Below, piece by piece: positions 51,258 through 60,868 of a DNA stretch of 64,000 nucleotides. Source of the stretch: Candidatus Collierbacteria bacterium RIFOXYD2_FULL_45_13 (lineage in GTDB: Bacteria > Patescibacteriota > Microgenomatia > UBA1400 > MFAQ01); the NCBI GenBank assembly GCA_001774685.1, contig MFAS01000001.1, forward strand, positions 1,025,252 through 1,089,251, written 5' to 3'. How positions within the stretch are numbered: the stretch's first letter is position 1; every line of letters begins with the position of its first letter. The position numbers were made by a program, and so were the translations under genes. Under the pieces are notes generated by a model. It worked only from the letters and a program-made list of their open reading frames with translations, made no database searches and was not told the DNA's origin.

Positions 51258-51608
51258 CTATGTCTTACCAGTCAAGTATTTTGGAATGACATGCATGTGA
51301 ATATGTCCCACATGCATAGGGTCGTTCTCTAGTTTGTATACATTATTATTTAACTTCAGCACGTAAGCCGGGGCTCGCCATTTTTTTGTAAACTTCTCCG
51401 CCAGGAAAACCACTAGCTCAAAAAAGTCACCAGGATCCGACATTTCTGTCATCTCGCCGACATGTAGCTTCGGAAAAACAATGAAATGCCCTTCCGTTTC
51501 CGGGTGTATCACTTTCATGGCCACACACTTCTCACCCTCCCAGATAATCTCATGGTCTAAGTGTTTCGGATCGCTCAGTATTCGACAAAAGACACATGTA
51601 TTATTCAT
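51258..51608 (-). CDS. HIT family nucleotide hydrolase
   Basis: CVFCRI, HP...GH...PK.H, HIHMHVIP. Confidence 0.9.
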   Translation of the reverse strand: MNNTCVFCRILSDPKHLDHEIIWEGEKCVAMKVIHPETEGHFIVFPKLHVGEMTEMSDPGDFFELVVFLAEKFTKKWRAPAYVLKLNNNVYKLENDPMHVGHIHMHVIPKYLTGKT

Positions 51609-52942
51609 AATCCTAGTCTAACTAAACAACACTCGATCATCAAGCCCACCTGCATAAAATCATCGGCAGATATTGTGTCCAAGTCAGTCACAAACTTCCT
51701 TATGCCATTCAATGTATTGAAATAATAGTTCTGCCTTACCCCATCAATTATTTTCTTTGACTCTGCCAGTACTCTCGCTGGTTCTCCTTTCAACAGAGCC
51801 GTTGCCTTGAACTCAAGATGATCAGCAAACTTTTGTGTCTTCTTGTTTTTCACCACCGTTCTCTCACCCACTTTGGCAACCAAGCCTTCCATGTCCGCCA
51901 TTGTTTGTTGCACGAATAATTCACAGGCATCAGCACTCTTTACCAGCGCCGTAACAGCCTCTGCGTTATTTGCAAAATCAAAGATATGTCCACGCTTGGA
52001 CAACAAATCTTCCTCTCTTAGCATCGGCTTTGTCAGGGTCAGGTAGACAGCTGCCTTCTTCAGCTTCTCGGCTAGTCTATGTTTTCCAAACTCCTCCAAT
52101 ATCTTCTTTATAGTCATTGCTTCACCCCCGGTGCCACTCGCTATCTTTCCCGCAAAACTTACTCCCGCTCCAAATATCTGCACTCCTTTTTCTTGTCCCT
52201 CTTTTTCAGACAATACAAATGCCGTGTCCCCTACCCCCGCCTCATCATCCACAAGAACTGCCAAGTCTGCCGTTGTAGCGTCTATCAGTGTTTGTGTTGC
52301 CACCAAAAGGGCCCCCGTCGCCGTCAACTCACCTGATTTTTGTAGGGTCACTACCCTACCCCTCTGAACAAAAGGCAAAAAACCGGACCCTGACCAAGTA
52401 GTGTTTAGTTTGTGTACCTGATCTCCAGATATATGCTGCAGCTCCGCTTCAGAAGCTATCTCTACTCCAAAACCAGCTTGTTTCAATACCTGCTCTGTTT
52501 CCTGAGCCACAACTGAAAATACATCCAACCCGCTAGCCATAATCAATTCATTGACCGTTCGTATGTTTGCAACATTCTCACTTCGTTTTCTGTATCTTTC
52601 CACCACCTCACTCACCGGAAAAGTTCCAGCGCTCATTAGTTCTACCGCTTCAGCAAGATTCAATCCCCAGGCCTCAGCCAAGCTCACCACGGCTCCTGCC
52701 GCCCTCGGACCCGTATTGTTATTTATGAGTACCACAGACAAATCACCACCCAAAGCGCTCTTGGTCTGCTCTGCTATTGCCAGTAAGAATAGATGCCCCA
52801 AATGAGGTTCTTTACCCAAAGTAATACAGCACACTACCAACGGATTCTCCGTTTGAAGCGTTTCATTTTCTTTATTTACCGTCAGCTCTGATAGTTCAGC
52901 TGGCTTCACCGATAGTTTCAATTTTTCGATGTATTTTTCCAT
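51605..52942 (-). CDS. Divergent arginyl-tRNA synthetase-like (class I) protein
   Basis: KEPHLGHL (HIGH-like), NNTG, SE, LQKSG, KIASGTG (KMSKS-like), IFDF; lacks the N-terminal Add1 domain. Confidence 0.6.
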   Translation of the reverse strand: MEKYIEKLKLSVKPAELSELTVNKENETLQTENPLVVCCITLGKEPHLGHLFLLAIAEQTKSALGGDLSVVLINNNTGPRAAGAVVSLAEAWGLNLAEAVELMSAGTFPVSEVVERYRKRSENVANIRTVNELIMASGLDVFSVVAQETEQVLKQAGFGVEIASEAELQHISGDQVHKLNTTWSGSGFLPFVQRGRVVTLQKSGELTATGALLVATQTLIDATTADLAVLVDDEAGVGDTAFVLSEKEGQEKGVQIFGAGVSFAGKIASGTGGEAMTIKKILEEFGKHRLAEKLKKAAVYLTLTKPMLREEDLLSKRGHIFDFANNAEAVTALVKSADACELFVQQTMADMEGLVAKVGERTVVKNKKTQKFADHLEFKATALLKGEPARVLAESKKIIDGVRQNYYFNTLNGIRKFVTDLDTISADDFMQVGLMIECCLVRLGL

Positions 52943-52949
52943 GTTATTT

Positions 52950-53618
52950 TTATTTGATTACCGCTCCCATTATCTTGGGTACGTATTTGTTAACCATGCT
53001 TCCATAAATTCTGAGCGATGTCTGCTGGTTGTGAAGCTTAGTCGTCAGGATTTCTTCTTCAGTCATCTGCACAGTTACAAAACCTCTCTCTGCTACAGAC
53101 TCCACTGCTTGTTTATAATGGCTAGCTAACGGTCTTCCGCCACCGGACTCAGCTATGGTTATGTCCCAGATCAGTTCATTGACCAAATGCAAATAGCAGA
53201 TCAGGAACGCATCAACAGTGACGGCCTCAGTGTTGATTCCCAGTACTGCCAAATCTCCCTCGGGAAGTGAACTCACCATATGTTCTACAGCCACCGGCGC
53301 CGTTGTCATCACCGGCACGTACAGCTTACCCCTGACATCCCCCACTTCCATCAAGTGACAGCCCAGAGACTCTTTGGGGTTTAGCCCCACGATCGACTTA
53401 TCCCACGCCTTCGTCCACAAAAAGGCTTCCCGTGGTCTCGCATACAACTGGTCCAGCAGTGTTGCTGTAATTTGGGACAGGTCTGGTTCAGGAGAATCAA
53501 TATTTACATAGCAAGTAAAGGGGTTCTCCCCAAACGTCTCCCTACCTTTCTTCTCGGCATAGGCCGCCCGAATCAGATTTTCTTTATCTAATAATGGTGT
53601 GTTGGTTATTTTTTCCAT
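52950..53618 (-). CDS. Hypothetical protein, first gene of the attenuated operon
   Basis: 222-aa ORF tightly linked to the ArgRS-like and HIT genes. Confidence 0.8.
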   Translation of the reverse strand: MEKITNTPLLDKENLIRAAYAEKKGRETFGENPFTCYVNIDSPEPDLSQITATLLDQLYARPREAFLWTKAWDKSIVGLNPKESLGCHLMEVGDVRGKLYVPVMTTAPVAVEHMVSSLPEGDLAVLGINTEAVTVDAFLICYLHLVNELIWDITIAESGGGRPLASHYKQAVESVAERGFVTVQMTEEEILTTKLHNQQTSLRIYGSMVNKYVPKIMGAVIK

Positions 53619-53632
53619 AGGCTTTTGATCAC

Positions 53633-53674
53633 AAAAAAACTCCCCAGGGAGCCAAAGCTGGCTTCTTGGGGAGT
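53633..53674 (-). terminator. Attenuator terminator in the 5' leader
   Basis: ACUCCCCAAGAAGCCAGCUUUGGCUCCCUGGGGAGU followed by a U-run, just upstream of the ATG at 53618. Confidence 0.8.
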
Positions 53675-53693
53675 CTTTCTGGTTGTTACTTTG

Positions 53694-53783
53694 TTATTCC
53701 GTTATTACTCCATCGCAAGACAAGCCAACTAAGGCCATAAAACGGCGGTACCAGAAAGCCTGACTTGCATTAATAACTCTCAT
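53694..53783 (-). CDS. Putative leader peptide MRVINASQAFWYRRFMALVGLSCDGVITE
   Basis: GGAG SD; lies between a consensus promoter and the terminator. Confidence 0.6.
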   Translation of the reverse strand: MRVINASQAFWYRRFMALVGLSCDGVITE

Positions 53784-53793
53784 AACTCCACAG

Positions 53794-53822
53794 ATTATAA
53801 GATCACTCCACACCCTTGTCAA
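53794..53822 (-). promoter_or_regulatory. Consensus sigma70 promoter
   Basis: TTGACA-N17-TATAAT. Confidence 0.85.
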
Positions 53823-53887
53823 TCCTCAACTATCGAATCATAAGTCTCCAAAATGTAATTTTAATTACCCCGTGTTAGGATGTTATT

Positions 53888-55099
53888 ATGTCCAAAAACA
53901 CGACCACTTCGTTCGGTTGGCCCGCCCTAGTTGTAGTCCTCACCATCATTCTCACCGTAATGTCATACGCTTTCCGTCAGTCCTGGTCGCGACAAGTCAC
54001 TCTAGAATCAACGTCGCTAATTCAGTCCGAAAAAATCGCTTCGGCAGAAGCCCAGATAAAAGACTTGGCCCAGCAAATCCTCGTTCTGGAAAGTGAGGAC
54101 CAAAGAGTCAAGAACAACACTCTGCAAAAAGAAATTGCCAGTCTAAAAGCCATCTACAACACGACCCTCGTCCAGTACGAGGATATCCTGAACCTCAGGG
54201 AACAGTCGGCCTCCAAGACAACCGTGCTGGAGAATCTCTTGGCAGATATTTTAGCGGCTATTTCCAAAAATGACCTCAAAACCGCCCAGGATATTTCCAA
54301 AAAACTTGCCGCCGAAATCACCAAAGAAAAATCTAGACTAGCCTCCCTGGCTCAGACGGCCTTCGTTGCCATTCCCGCCAGTGTCCCGGCTAAAACTACA
54401 CCTCCATCTTCCGGTTTTGGTCGACAAAAAGTTACCGTCGAAGGTTTGGGCGACTACCTTGTTGATATCGTCGCAGGAGACCTTGGTTCCACCAAAGTCA
54501 TCGTCGATACCGCCTCCACTAGTACTTGTGCCAACAACTGCCCGGTTATGTCTCTAGCCAGCTATGCCGCTCGCACCGGCGCGTATGCAGGCGTCAATGG
54601 ATCATATTTCTGTCCCGCCAGTTACCCCGGCTGTGCCGGCAAAACCAATTCTTTTGATCTACTGCTCATGAACAAAGATAAAGTCTACTTCAACTCGGAT
54701 AATAATGTTTACAGCAACAATCCGGGTGTCGTCTTCGGTAGTGGCTACATCCGCTTTCTCAGTGCCGTCTCCGGTTGGGGACGCGATACGGGTATCGATA
54801 GCATGATCAGTAACTACCCGCTGTTACTTTCTGGAGGTAGCATCACTTTTGGCGGCAACTCCGACCCCAAGCAAGGTTCGAGGGGTAATCGCAGTTTTGT
54901 CGCCAGCAAGGGGAACACTGTTTATATTGGCGTCGTTCACGGTGTTACCGTCGCCGAATCGGCCAGAGTCCTGAAAGCTATGGGCATGGAAAATGCTTTA
55001 AATCTTGACAGCGGAGGATCCACCGCTCTATGGTCGGGCGGCTACAAAGTCGGCCCCGGCCGCGACCTCCCCAACGCCATCCTCTTCGTCAGGAAATAG
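53888..55099 (+). CDS. Phosphodiester glycosidase (NAGPA-like) with TM anchor and coiled coil
   Basis: AGVNGSYF, RSFV, ALNLDSGGST, LPNAI. Confidence 0.88.
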   Translation: MSKNTTTSFGWPALVVVLTIILTVMSYAFRQSWSRQVTLESTSLIQSEKIASAEAQIKDLAQQILVLESEDQRVKNNTLQKEIASLKAIYNTTLVQYEDILNLREQSASKTTVLENLLADILAAISKNDLKTAQDISKKLAAEITKEKSRLASLAQTAFVAIPASVPAKTTPPSSGFGRQKVTVEGLGDYLVDIVAGDLGSTKVIVDTASTSTCANNCPVMSLASYAARTGAYAGVNGSYFCPASYPGCAGKTNSFDLLLMNKDKVYFNSDNNVYSNNPGVVFGSGYIRFLSAVSGWGRDTGIDSMISNYPLLLSGGSITFGGNSDPKQGSRGNRSFVASKGNTVYIGVVHGVTVAESARVLKAMGMENALNLDSGGSTALWSGGYKVGPGRDLPNAILFVRK

Positions 55100-55139
55100 T
55101 CATCGCTAAAGATTCCTCAGACTATCAATAGCTCGTCTA

Positions 55140-55913
55140 TTAAATCAACCCCTTCAGCAGCTCATCCGGGTCAGGTCGGGGGGGTTTAATTTTGGCCAAT
55201 CCCCGACTTTCTGAAAACTTTACGGCCTTCATAACAACTTCCAGGTTTGCTGACGATGGTCTCAGTTTTATCATATCAACCCGCACCTGAGCTGACCCGC
55301 CGTTTTTCCATACTGGTATGTAATCCACCCCCCAGCGGTCTTCGTCCGTCTTTTTCGACATTTTATCGCCAAAAGCCTCCCAATCCACCCAGCCGGGGAT
55401 ATCTTCAAGTGTTTCGTTTCCATCTATAGCAAATTTATCATTGGAAAATACAATTATGCCATCAAGCGACAAGACCAGGGTCATACCAGGATATGGCTCC
55501 TCTTTTTGAGCATAGGATGGTACAGGGTGTAACACCCAGTACTCTCTACCATCCCTATCGGTTTTTCTAATAAAGGCATTTGGATTTCTCTCCTCTCCTT
55601 TTTCATCGAATACAATCTTTTTGATCAACCCTTCGTACCACTTCTGGTCTTCTGTCAAACCATGTAGATAGGCCTCCGTCTGAAGCTTGGTTGTTATCTC
55701 ATCCAACCCTTTTTGGGCAACTTCTTTTTGCATATCTGTAGCGTTTTTATCTTGCCTGATACCCTCAAAAGGGGCCATCTCTTGTGCTGCCCCTATATCA
55801 CCAACCAAAACATGGCTCTCGTCAGCGAATATAGTCCGATTATCTTTTGCAAATGACTCAGCCGCTATTTGCTCCTTACTTTTTTGTGATTCTTCCATAT
55901 CCCACATCTTCAC
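55140..55913 (-). CDS. Hypothetical protein
   Basis: 257-aa ORF with minus-strand codon bias. Confidence 0.75.
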   Translation of the reverse strand: MKMWDMEESQKSKEQIAAESFAKDNRTIFADESHVLVGDIGAAQEMAPFEGIRQDKNATDMQKEVAQKGLDEITTKLQTEAYLHGLTEDQKWYEGLIKKIVFDEKGEERNPNAFIRKTDRDGREYWVLHPVPSYAQKEEPYPGMTLVLSLDGIIVFSNDKFAIDGNETLEDIPGWVDWEAFGDKMSKKTDEDRWGVDYIPVWKNGGSAQVRVDMIKLRPSSANLEVVMKAVKFSESRGLAKIKPPRPDPDELLKGLI

Positions 55914-55959
55914 ACATTACATGCTCTCTTGTCAATCGTGCGGTCTACAAAAAACTTTT

Positions 55960-56484
55960 TCAGTTCTTCTTCAGTGTTACCACCCATGTGTTGCTCTGCT
56001 CATTTGAGGCAGGGATCATCATCGACCCAACTACTTCTAGTGACGTCTCCAGTTTCAGTTTCCCATCGCAAAAATGTTCACTTGAAACTATTAGCAAGGT
56101 TTCTCCCCCATTTATCAACACTCTCTCAATTTCTCCTATTGCTCTAGCCAAATCGAACTTCTCCTCAAATATATTCACCGAAACCACCACATCCACCGAG
56201 TTTCCGGATATCGGTAAACACTGCAGTTCTCCTTGAACCAGTCCGGCATGAATCTTTTTGTTTCTCTGATTCCAATCACCCAGATCCATTCTGCACACTT
56301 TTTCACCAAATTTATTAAACAAAAAAGGCATCAAGGTTTCTTCTCCAAAGCCAAGCTCCATCACCCTCTTGCCATATGGGTTAGTATGTCGGCCATCCAA
56401 TATTTTCTGAAGTTCCATTACCACATTCACAGTTTCCGCCAAACCAGGCTCCTGGCCCGTTAGAAAAACTGTTGCGGTTTCCAT
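55960..56484 (-). CDS. Class I SAM methyltransferase-like protein
   Basis: VMELGFGE, LP...SVDVVVS, EIERVL..GG. Confidence 0.7.
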   Translation of the reverse strand: METATVFLTGQEPGLAETVNVVMELQKILDGRHTNPYGKRVMELGFGEETLMPFLFNKFGEKVCRMDLGDWNQRNKKIHAGLVQGELQCLPISGNSVDVVVSVNIFEEKFDLARAIGEIERVLINGGETLLIVSSEHFCDGKLKLETSLEVVGSMMIPASNEQSNTWVVTLKKN

Positions 56485-56637
56485 TTACTTGTCCTCGCCT
56501 TTCACGTCTTTGAGGTAAGCCTTAAACTCTTCCCATACTTTCTTCCAGTCACCATCGGCGGCCTCAATCTCTTTGAATATCATCTCCACGTCAACTAATA
56601 TCTGATCCTCTTTTACAATCATTTTTGTTTTTGACAT
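56485..56637 (-). CDS. Small hypothetical protein (50 aa), not in the ORF track
   Basis: MSKTKMIVKEDQILVDVEMIFKEIEAADGDWKKVWEEFKAYLKDVKGEDK*; its stop abuts the next ATG. Confidence 0.6.
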   Translation of the reverse strand: MSKTKMIVKEDQILVDVEMIFKEIEAADGDWKKVWEEFKAYLKDVKGEDK

Positions 56638-56797
56638 ATTTTTTGTTTACTTTTTAACCCGATCTACCGCCCTGGCGGGGCTGATATAGATAATATACTA
56701 CCTTTTCCCTTCTCTACCGGGAGCGGGCACCCTGCCCGCCCCCCTGTTTTAAACTTTTATTATCTCGAGTTTTTGAGTTTTCGAGTTTTTGAGTTTT

Positions 56798-57949
56798 TTA
56801 CTTATACGCCACCGGCACTTCAGTGAGCACTACTCCTAGAGACATGCGTCTGGCTTTGACGTCCAGGTTCTCTACAAATACTTCCACTTTGTCACCGACT
56901 TTAAATTCTTTATCCGCCGGTTTTTTCGAGACATGGATCAATCCATCGACACCTTTATCAAAGTTTACAAAAATACCATAAGGTGCAATGCGTACCACTT
57001 TACCTGAATGTTTGGTACCGATAGCAAAGTTTGTTTCAATAGAGGACCATGGGTCGCCGGTCATCTGTTTGATGGATAGGTTCAGTTTTCCTACGGCTTT
57101 GTCAATACCAATCACTTGGACATGGACTTCCTGGCCGACTTTAAACATGACATTAGGGTCTTCCACCTTTTCCCAGGAAATTTCCGAGATGTGGATCAGC
57201 CCTTCCACCTTAGCCACTTCGTCGGTCCCTTTCATAGGCACGTTTACAGTGACAAAGACACCAAAAGGCATAATCCCGGAGACAGTTCCTTCAAACTTGT
57301 CGCCTACATTGACGAGTTCCAGAGCTTCGCCTTTTTTGGCTAGTGCTTCTGAATCGGAAACCAACTTTTCGGAGAAGATTAATCTGTTTTGATCTTTATC
57401 CACTTCAATTACGCGCACCTTGAAGTTCTTGTTTAGAAGCGACTCCATATTACCTAGAAGTTTTTCGCCAAACTGAGAGGTTGGTACAAATCCGCGGATA
57501 TCTCCCACCTTGACCACCATACCGCCTTTGTTTACTTCCAAGCCAGAAACTTCCACCTCTTTCTCCTCATCCATGAGCTTCTTAAACTTGTACCAACGGT
57601 TTTCATCGGCCGCTTGTTTGAGGGTTAGGATTATTTGACCTTGGTCGTTCTCGGGGAACTTCACATAGGCACTTACCTTTTCACCAACTTTCAGCTCCTT
57701 GAGTACATCGTAGGCTTCTGCCAGATCTTCACCGGACACCACCCCTTCGGTCTTGGCTCCAATGTCGATCAACACCATCTTCTTACTAATGGCAGTCACG
57801 GTTCCCTCTACTTTTTGGTTTCTTTTTAGGGCCCCTGAGAAGCTGGATACTCCCTCCATCAGCTTGTCCATTACGGACATTTTGCCCGCCGAAGCGGTGC
57901 TTCCTCCTGTTTTTACTTTAATAACGTCTGATTTTTGAGAATTGCTCAT
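56798..57949 (-). CDS. rpsA: 30S ribosomal protein S1 (four S1 domains)
   Basis: DIGAKTEG, RGFVP.SQ, EGLIHISEISW, DGLIHVS. Confidence 0.92.
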   Translation of the reverse strand: MSNSQKSDVIKVKTGGSTASAGKMSVMDKLMEGVSSFSGALKRNQKVEGTVTAISKKMVLIDIGAKTEGVVSGEDLAEAYDVLKELKVGEKVSAYVKFPENDQGQIILTLKQAADENRWYKFKKLMDEEKEVEVSGLEVNKGGMVVKVGDIRGFVPTSQFGEKLLGNMESLLNKNFKVRVIEVDKDQNRLIFSEKLVSDSEALAKKGEALELVNVGDKFEGTVSGIMPFGVFVTVNVPMKGTDEVAKVEGLIHISEISWEKVEDPNVMFKVGQEVHVQVIGIDKAVGKLNLSIKQMTGDPWSSIETNFAIGTKHSGKVVRIAPYGIFVNFDKGVDGLIHVSKKPADKEFKVGDKVEVFVENLDVKARRMSLGVVLTEVPVAYK

Positions 57950-58095
57950 TTATCATAAATTCCTTTCTTGTCTTTTAGACCTGTAAATTGTACCACACTT
58001 CCAGCCTAATTAGGTTCAAACACAGCTCAACCAAACTAGACAGCCCATAGCCATTTTGATATAATCCTCCCATCGCACCCTAACAAAGGAGAGTT

Positions 58096-58554
58096 ATGTC
58101 CAAATCCACCGTGAACACCATTCTGTGGTTCTTGTTTTTGACCTTCGTCGGCTTTTTTAGTTATTCCATGACCAGAGTTCCCCGCCTGGAGTCCATCAGC
58201 GTCGGCCCTCACGATACCTACACTTGGTATAACGACTCCAAGTCTGTCCTCCAAAGTGACGGCACAACCCACGTCTATCTCAAATCCACCTCGGGCAACT
58301 TTTCCGTCTTTGACACCGATGATCTCTACGTTGCCTCAGGACTGCCGGATGAGATGTTGCCCGGTGAAACGGAACAAGCCTTCGTGGCTGACTTCCAGCT
58401 TACTGAAGGTAAAGCGTTCAACTTGTCGGACAGCCCTGTGGAAATCTACACTTTGGAGCCCGCCACCCTCACCTTCGAAAGTTTCCGTTATGGTTATGCC
58501 TGGATAGCGGTAATCTGCCTCCTTCTGCTTTTCTTCACCCTCGCGTTGCTTTAA
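58096..58554 (+). CDS. Hypothetical protein, TM at both ends
   Basis: AAGGAG SD; paralog-like to the next gene. Confidence 0.78.
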   Translation: MSKSTVNTILWFLFLTFVGFFSYSMTRVPRLESISVGPHDTYTWYNDSKSVLQSDGTTHVYLKSTSGNFSVFDTDDLYVASGLPDEMLPGETEQAFVADFQLTEGKAFNLSDSPVEIYTLEPATLTFESFRYGYAWIAVICLLLLFFTLALL

Positions 58555-58674
58555 AATTACTACCATTCACTTTATTCACTCCGGCTCACGCCGGAGTTTT
58601 TATTGTACGCCGCATCTCCAGTTGACCACGTGTGTTATAATATCCTAGAACATTTACACCTGGAGGTCAACATT

Positions 58675-59169
58675 ATGCCAAAAGCTTCGAAGTTTCTGAA
58701 TTTTTTACTTGCCATTGCCTGGATTACCGCCTGGGGAGTGGCCACTTATGGTGCCACCGTTCTGGCAGAAAAGCCTGTCTACAAAGACTTTTCCCTGACT
58801 CCACATCAGAATCTTTCCTGGAACCAAGGAGTTGAGATGAAGGTCAAGGCAGGATCCAGCCTGATCGTCAGGGCGGAAGGTGCCAACTTCACCATCGTCG
58901 AGCATAGTTCAGGCCTCTACACCTGCACTGGCACACCTGTCGAAATGACCGCAAGCGACGAGTTCCAGCCATTCGAATGTATTCTGGAGCCTTCCGTCGA
59001 CACTACCTACCGACTCAGCGATGGTTTCGCGACAGTCTATACGACATCCCAGGCAAACCTCGAGGTTGAACAACCAACCTCCATTGGCTGGATCATCCTA
59101 ATCTGTTTCCTAGGAGCCATATTCGGAACATCGATTATCGTTTCCCTGATATACTTTCTCGGTCTGTGA
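58675..59169 (+). CDS. Hypothetical protein, TM at both ends
   Basis: GGAGG SD; PHQNLSW/ANFTI/YRLSD matches PHDTYTW/GNFSV/FNLSD of the upstream gene. Confidence 0.78.
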   Translation: MPKASKFLNFLLAIAWITAWGVATYGATVLAEKPVYKDFSLTPHQNLSWNQGVEMKVKAGSSLIVRAEGANFTIVEHSSGLYTCTGTPVEMTASDEFQPFECILEPSVDTTYRLSDGFATVYTTSQANLEVEQPTSIGWIILICFLGAIFGTSIIVSLIYFLGL

Positions 59170-59260
59170 TATCAAAAGCTACACACTCCGGCTCACGCCG
59201 GAGTTTTTTAGTCTTATAGCGTGATAAAATATCCAGATATCTTCATTCTTAGGAGGTACT

Positions 59261-59725
59261 TTGAACAACAAACTAACCTTGGCCATCATTCTGTGGTTTT
59301 GCCTGTGGGTTCCACTGACCATCCTCTTGGTAACCCTAAACCCGGAAACCCCGGTTATTGTGGAAATTCTCTTTCTTCTGGTGGCTATGGTGCTGGCTTC
59401 CCCTGTCGCCATCTTCCTCACCAAACTTCTGACAAGCCATACCCGCACACACATAATCAAAACTGGGCTGTCTCCCGTTGAGGGGTCTTTCACCAGTCCC
59501 TCCGTTGGGCTTCCACCGAAGACCACCGTGCAGTATCGCCACGCAGCCAAGTCTCCGGAGGTTACTGTCTACCAAGAGAATGGGCGGTATGTCGGTTACG
59601 AAATCGACTTTGGTAATGGCATTATCGGTTGCATCCGTGGCCGGCAGATCATCCGTCTTACCCGCGGAAACCTTTCAGTCAAAGTTACCGGACCAGGCGG
59701 AACCCAATCCGTCAACTGGAAATAG
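59261..59725 (+). CDS. Hypothetical 2-TM protein
   Basis: AGGAGG SD, TTG start, terminator at 59731-59757. Confidence 0.72.
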   Translation: MNNKLTLAIILWFCLWVPLTILLVTLNPETPVIVEILFLLVAMVLASPVAIFLTKLLTSHTRTHIIKTGLSPVEGSFTSPSVGLPPKTTVQYRHAAKSPEVTVYQENGRYVGYEIDFGNGIIGCIRGRQIIRLTRGNLSVKVTGPGGTQSVNWK

Positions 59726-59855
59726 CTTCCACACCCCTCTACCAGAGGGGCTTTTTTGCTCCATTCGACCCCTAAAGATGCACAAAGCTGTGGCAAATCG
59801 TACTCTTATAAGCTATAATATCTTCAGTCAGAACATTAAAACATCTGGAGGCACC

Positions 59856-60185
59856 ATGCTGGGTCATACCTTTATGTCTTTTTTGATCAACGGAGTCTTA
59901 TTGCTGCTCATCGGGCTCGCTGTCCACGCTGTTAGCTATTTTTTCTTTACCAAGCCCGTTGTAAGCTGGAAAGCGGTCATCACCTTCGCTCTCCTATCCG
60001 CTTTTACTTATGCCTTCCCTATTTTGGGCTATATCTTCAGCATCCTGGTAGCAATTTACCTAATTTGGCGGGAAGACAATCTCTACCGGCTTGGAGCGAT
60101 TGCCTTTTTGGTGGCTCTCCTCCTCACTGCTATCTCGCTCTTCATTGGTGGCCACCTCATGCTCGTAATCCCGGTTCGCTTCTAA
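59856..60185 (+). CDS. Small hypothetical membrane protein
   Basis: GGAGG SD before ATG 59856; about 4 TMs. Confidence 0.72.
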   Translation: MLGHTFMSFLINGVLLLLIGLAVHAVSYFFFTKPVVSWKAVITFALLSAFTYAFPILGYIFSILVAIYLIWREDNLYRLGAIAFLVALLLTAISLFIGGHLMLVIPVRF

Positions 60186-60269
60186 CTTGGTTTTCTACTC
60201 ACCCCACTCCGGCTCACGCCGGAGTTTTTTTGCTACAAAAAGCCCCACCCTAAGGTGAGGCACTTTGTA

Positions 60270-60387
60270 GCCCGGCGATGATCTACTTTCGCAACCAATT
60301 GCTCAGCCACTATCATCGACGCTGGCCCGTTTCACTTCTCTGTTCGAAATGGGAAGAGGTGGTTCCAAGCCGCACAAATCACCGGAC
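60270..60387 (-). rRNA. rrf: 5S ribosomal RNA
   Basis: ACCACCUCUUCCCAUUUCGAACAGAGAAGUGAAAC...GCGAAAGUAGAUCAUCGCCGGG. Confidence 0.95.
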
Positions 60388-60868
60388 AGAAAAATATTCC
60401 GCAGATTCAACCTGTGTTGAGCCAGCCGAAACACTTTTCTGCCTTGTGATCATCAATCACTCAATATTTTGAGTTTTTGATTTTTTGTGTTTTTTACTTT
60501 TTAAGGAGTTGATATTCCCTGAATAGTGAATAGATTTGCAAAAAGATAGCACGAGAATTTTTGATTTACTCTTTGAACATTAGTACAGATAACCTAAACA
60601 ACTTACGTTGCTTACAGCTTCTGCCTATCAACCTAGTAGTCTACTAGGGTTCTTTCGCCCCTCACGGGGCATGGATTTCTCATCTTGGGAATGGCTTCTC
60701 GCTTAGATGCATTCAGCGATTATCCAATACCATTGTGGCTACCCAGCAATGCGTCTGACGACAACAACTGGCACACCAGGGAATGGCTCACCTTGGTCCT
60801 CTCGTACTGAAGGCAAACTCCCTCAAAAATCCCACGCTGACAGCGGATAGAGACCAACCTGTCTTACG

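Larger units (their letters stand above)
58577..60230 (+). repeat. Three identical terminator-like hairpins
   Basis: CACTCCGGCTCACGCCGGAGTTTTT at 58577, 59184 and 60205. Confidence 0.85.

Noticed and set aside
53735-53760. T-box riboswitch (UGGUACC heptamer upstream of an aaRS-like gene)
   Set aside because: No room for Stem I or a specifier loop, and the UGG pairs fully with ACCAG rather than forming a bulge. The leader-peptide model fits better.
58577-60230. Integron attC sites
   Set aside because: Too short, no RYYYAAC/GTTRRRY boxes, no integrase in the window.
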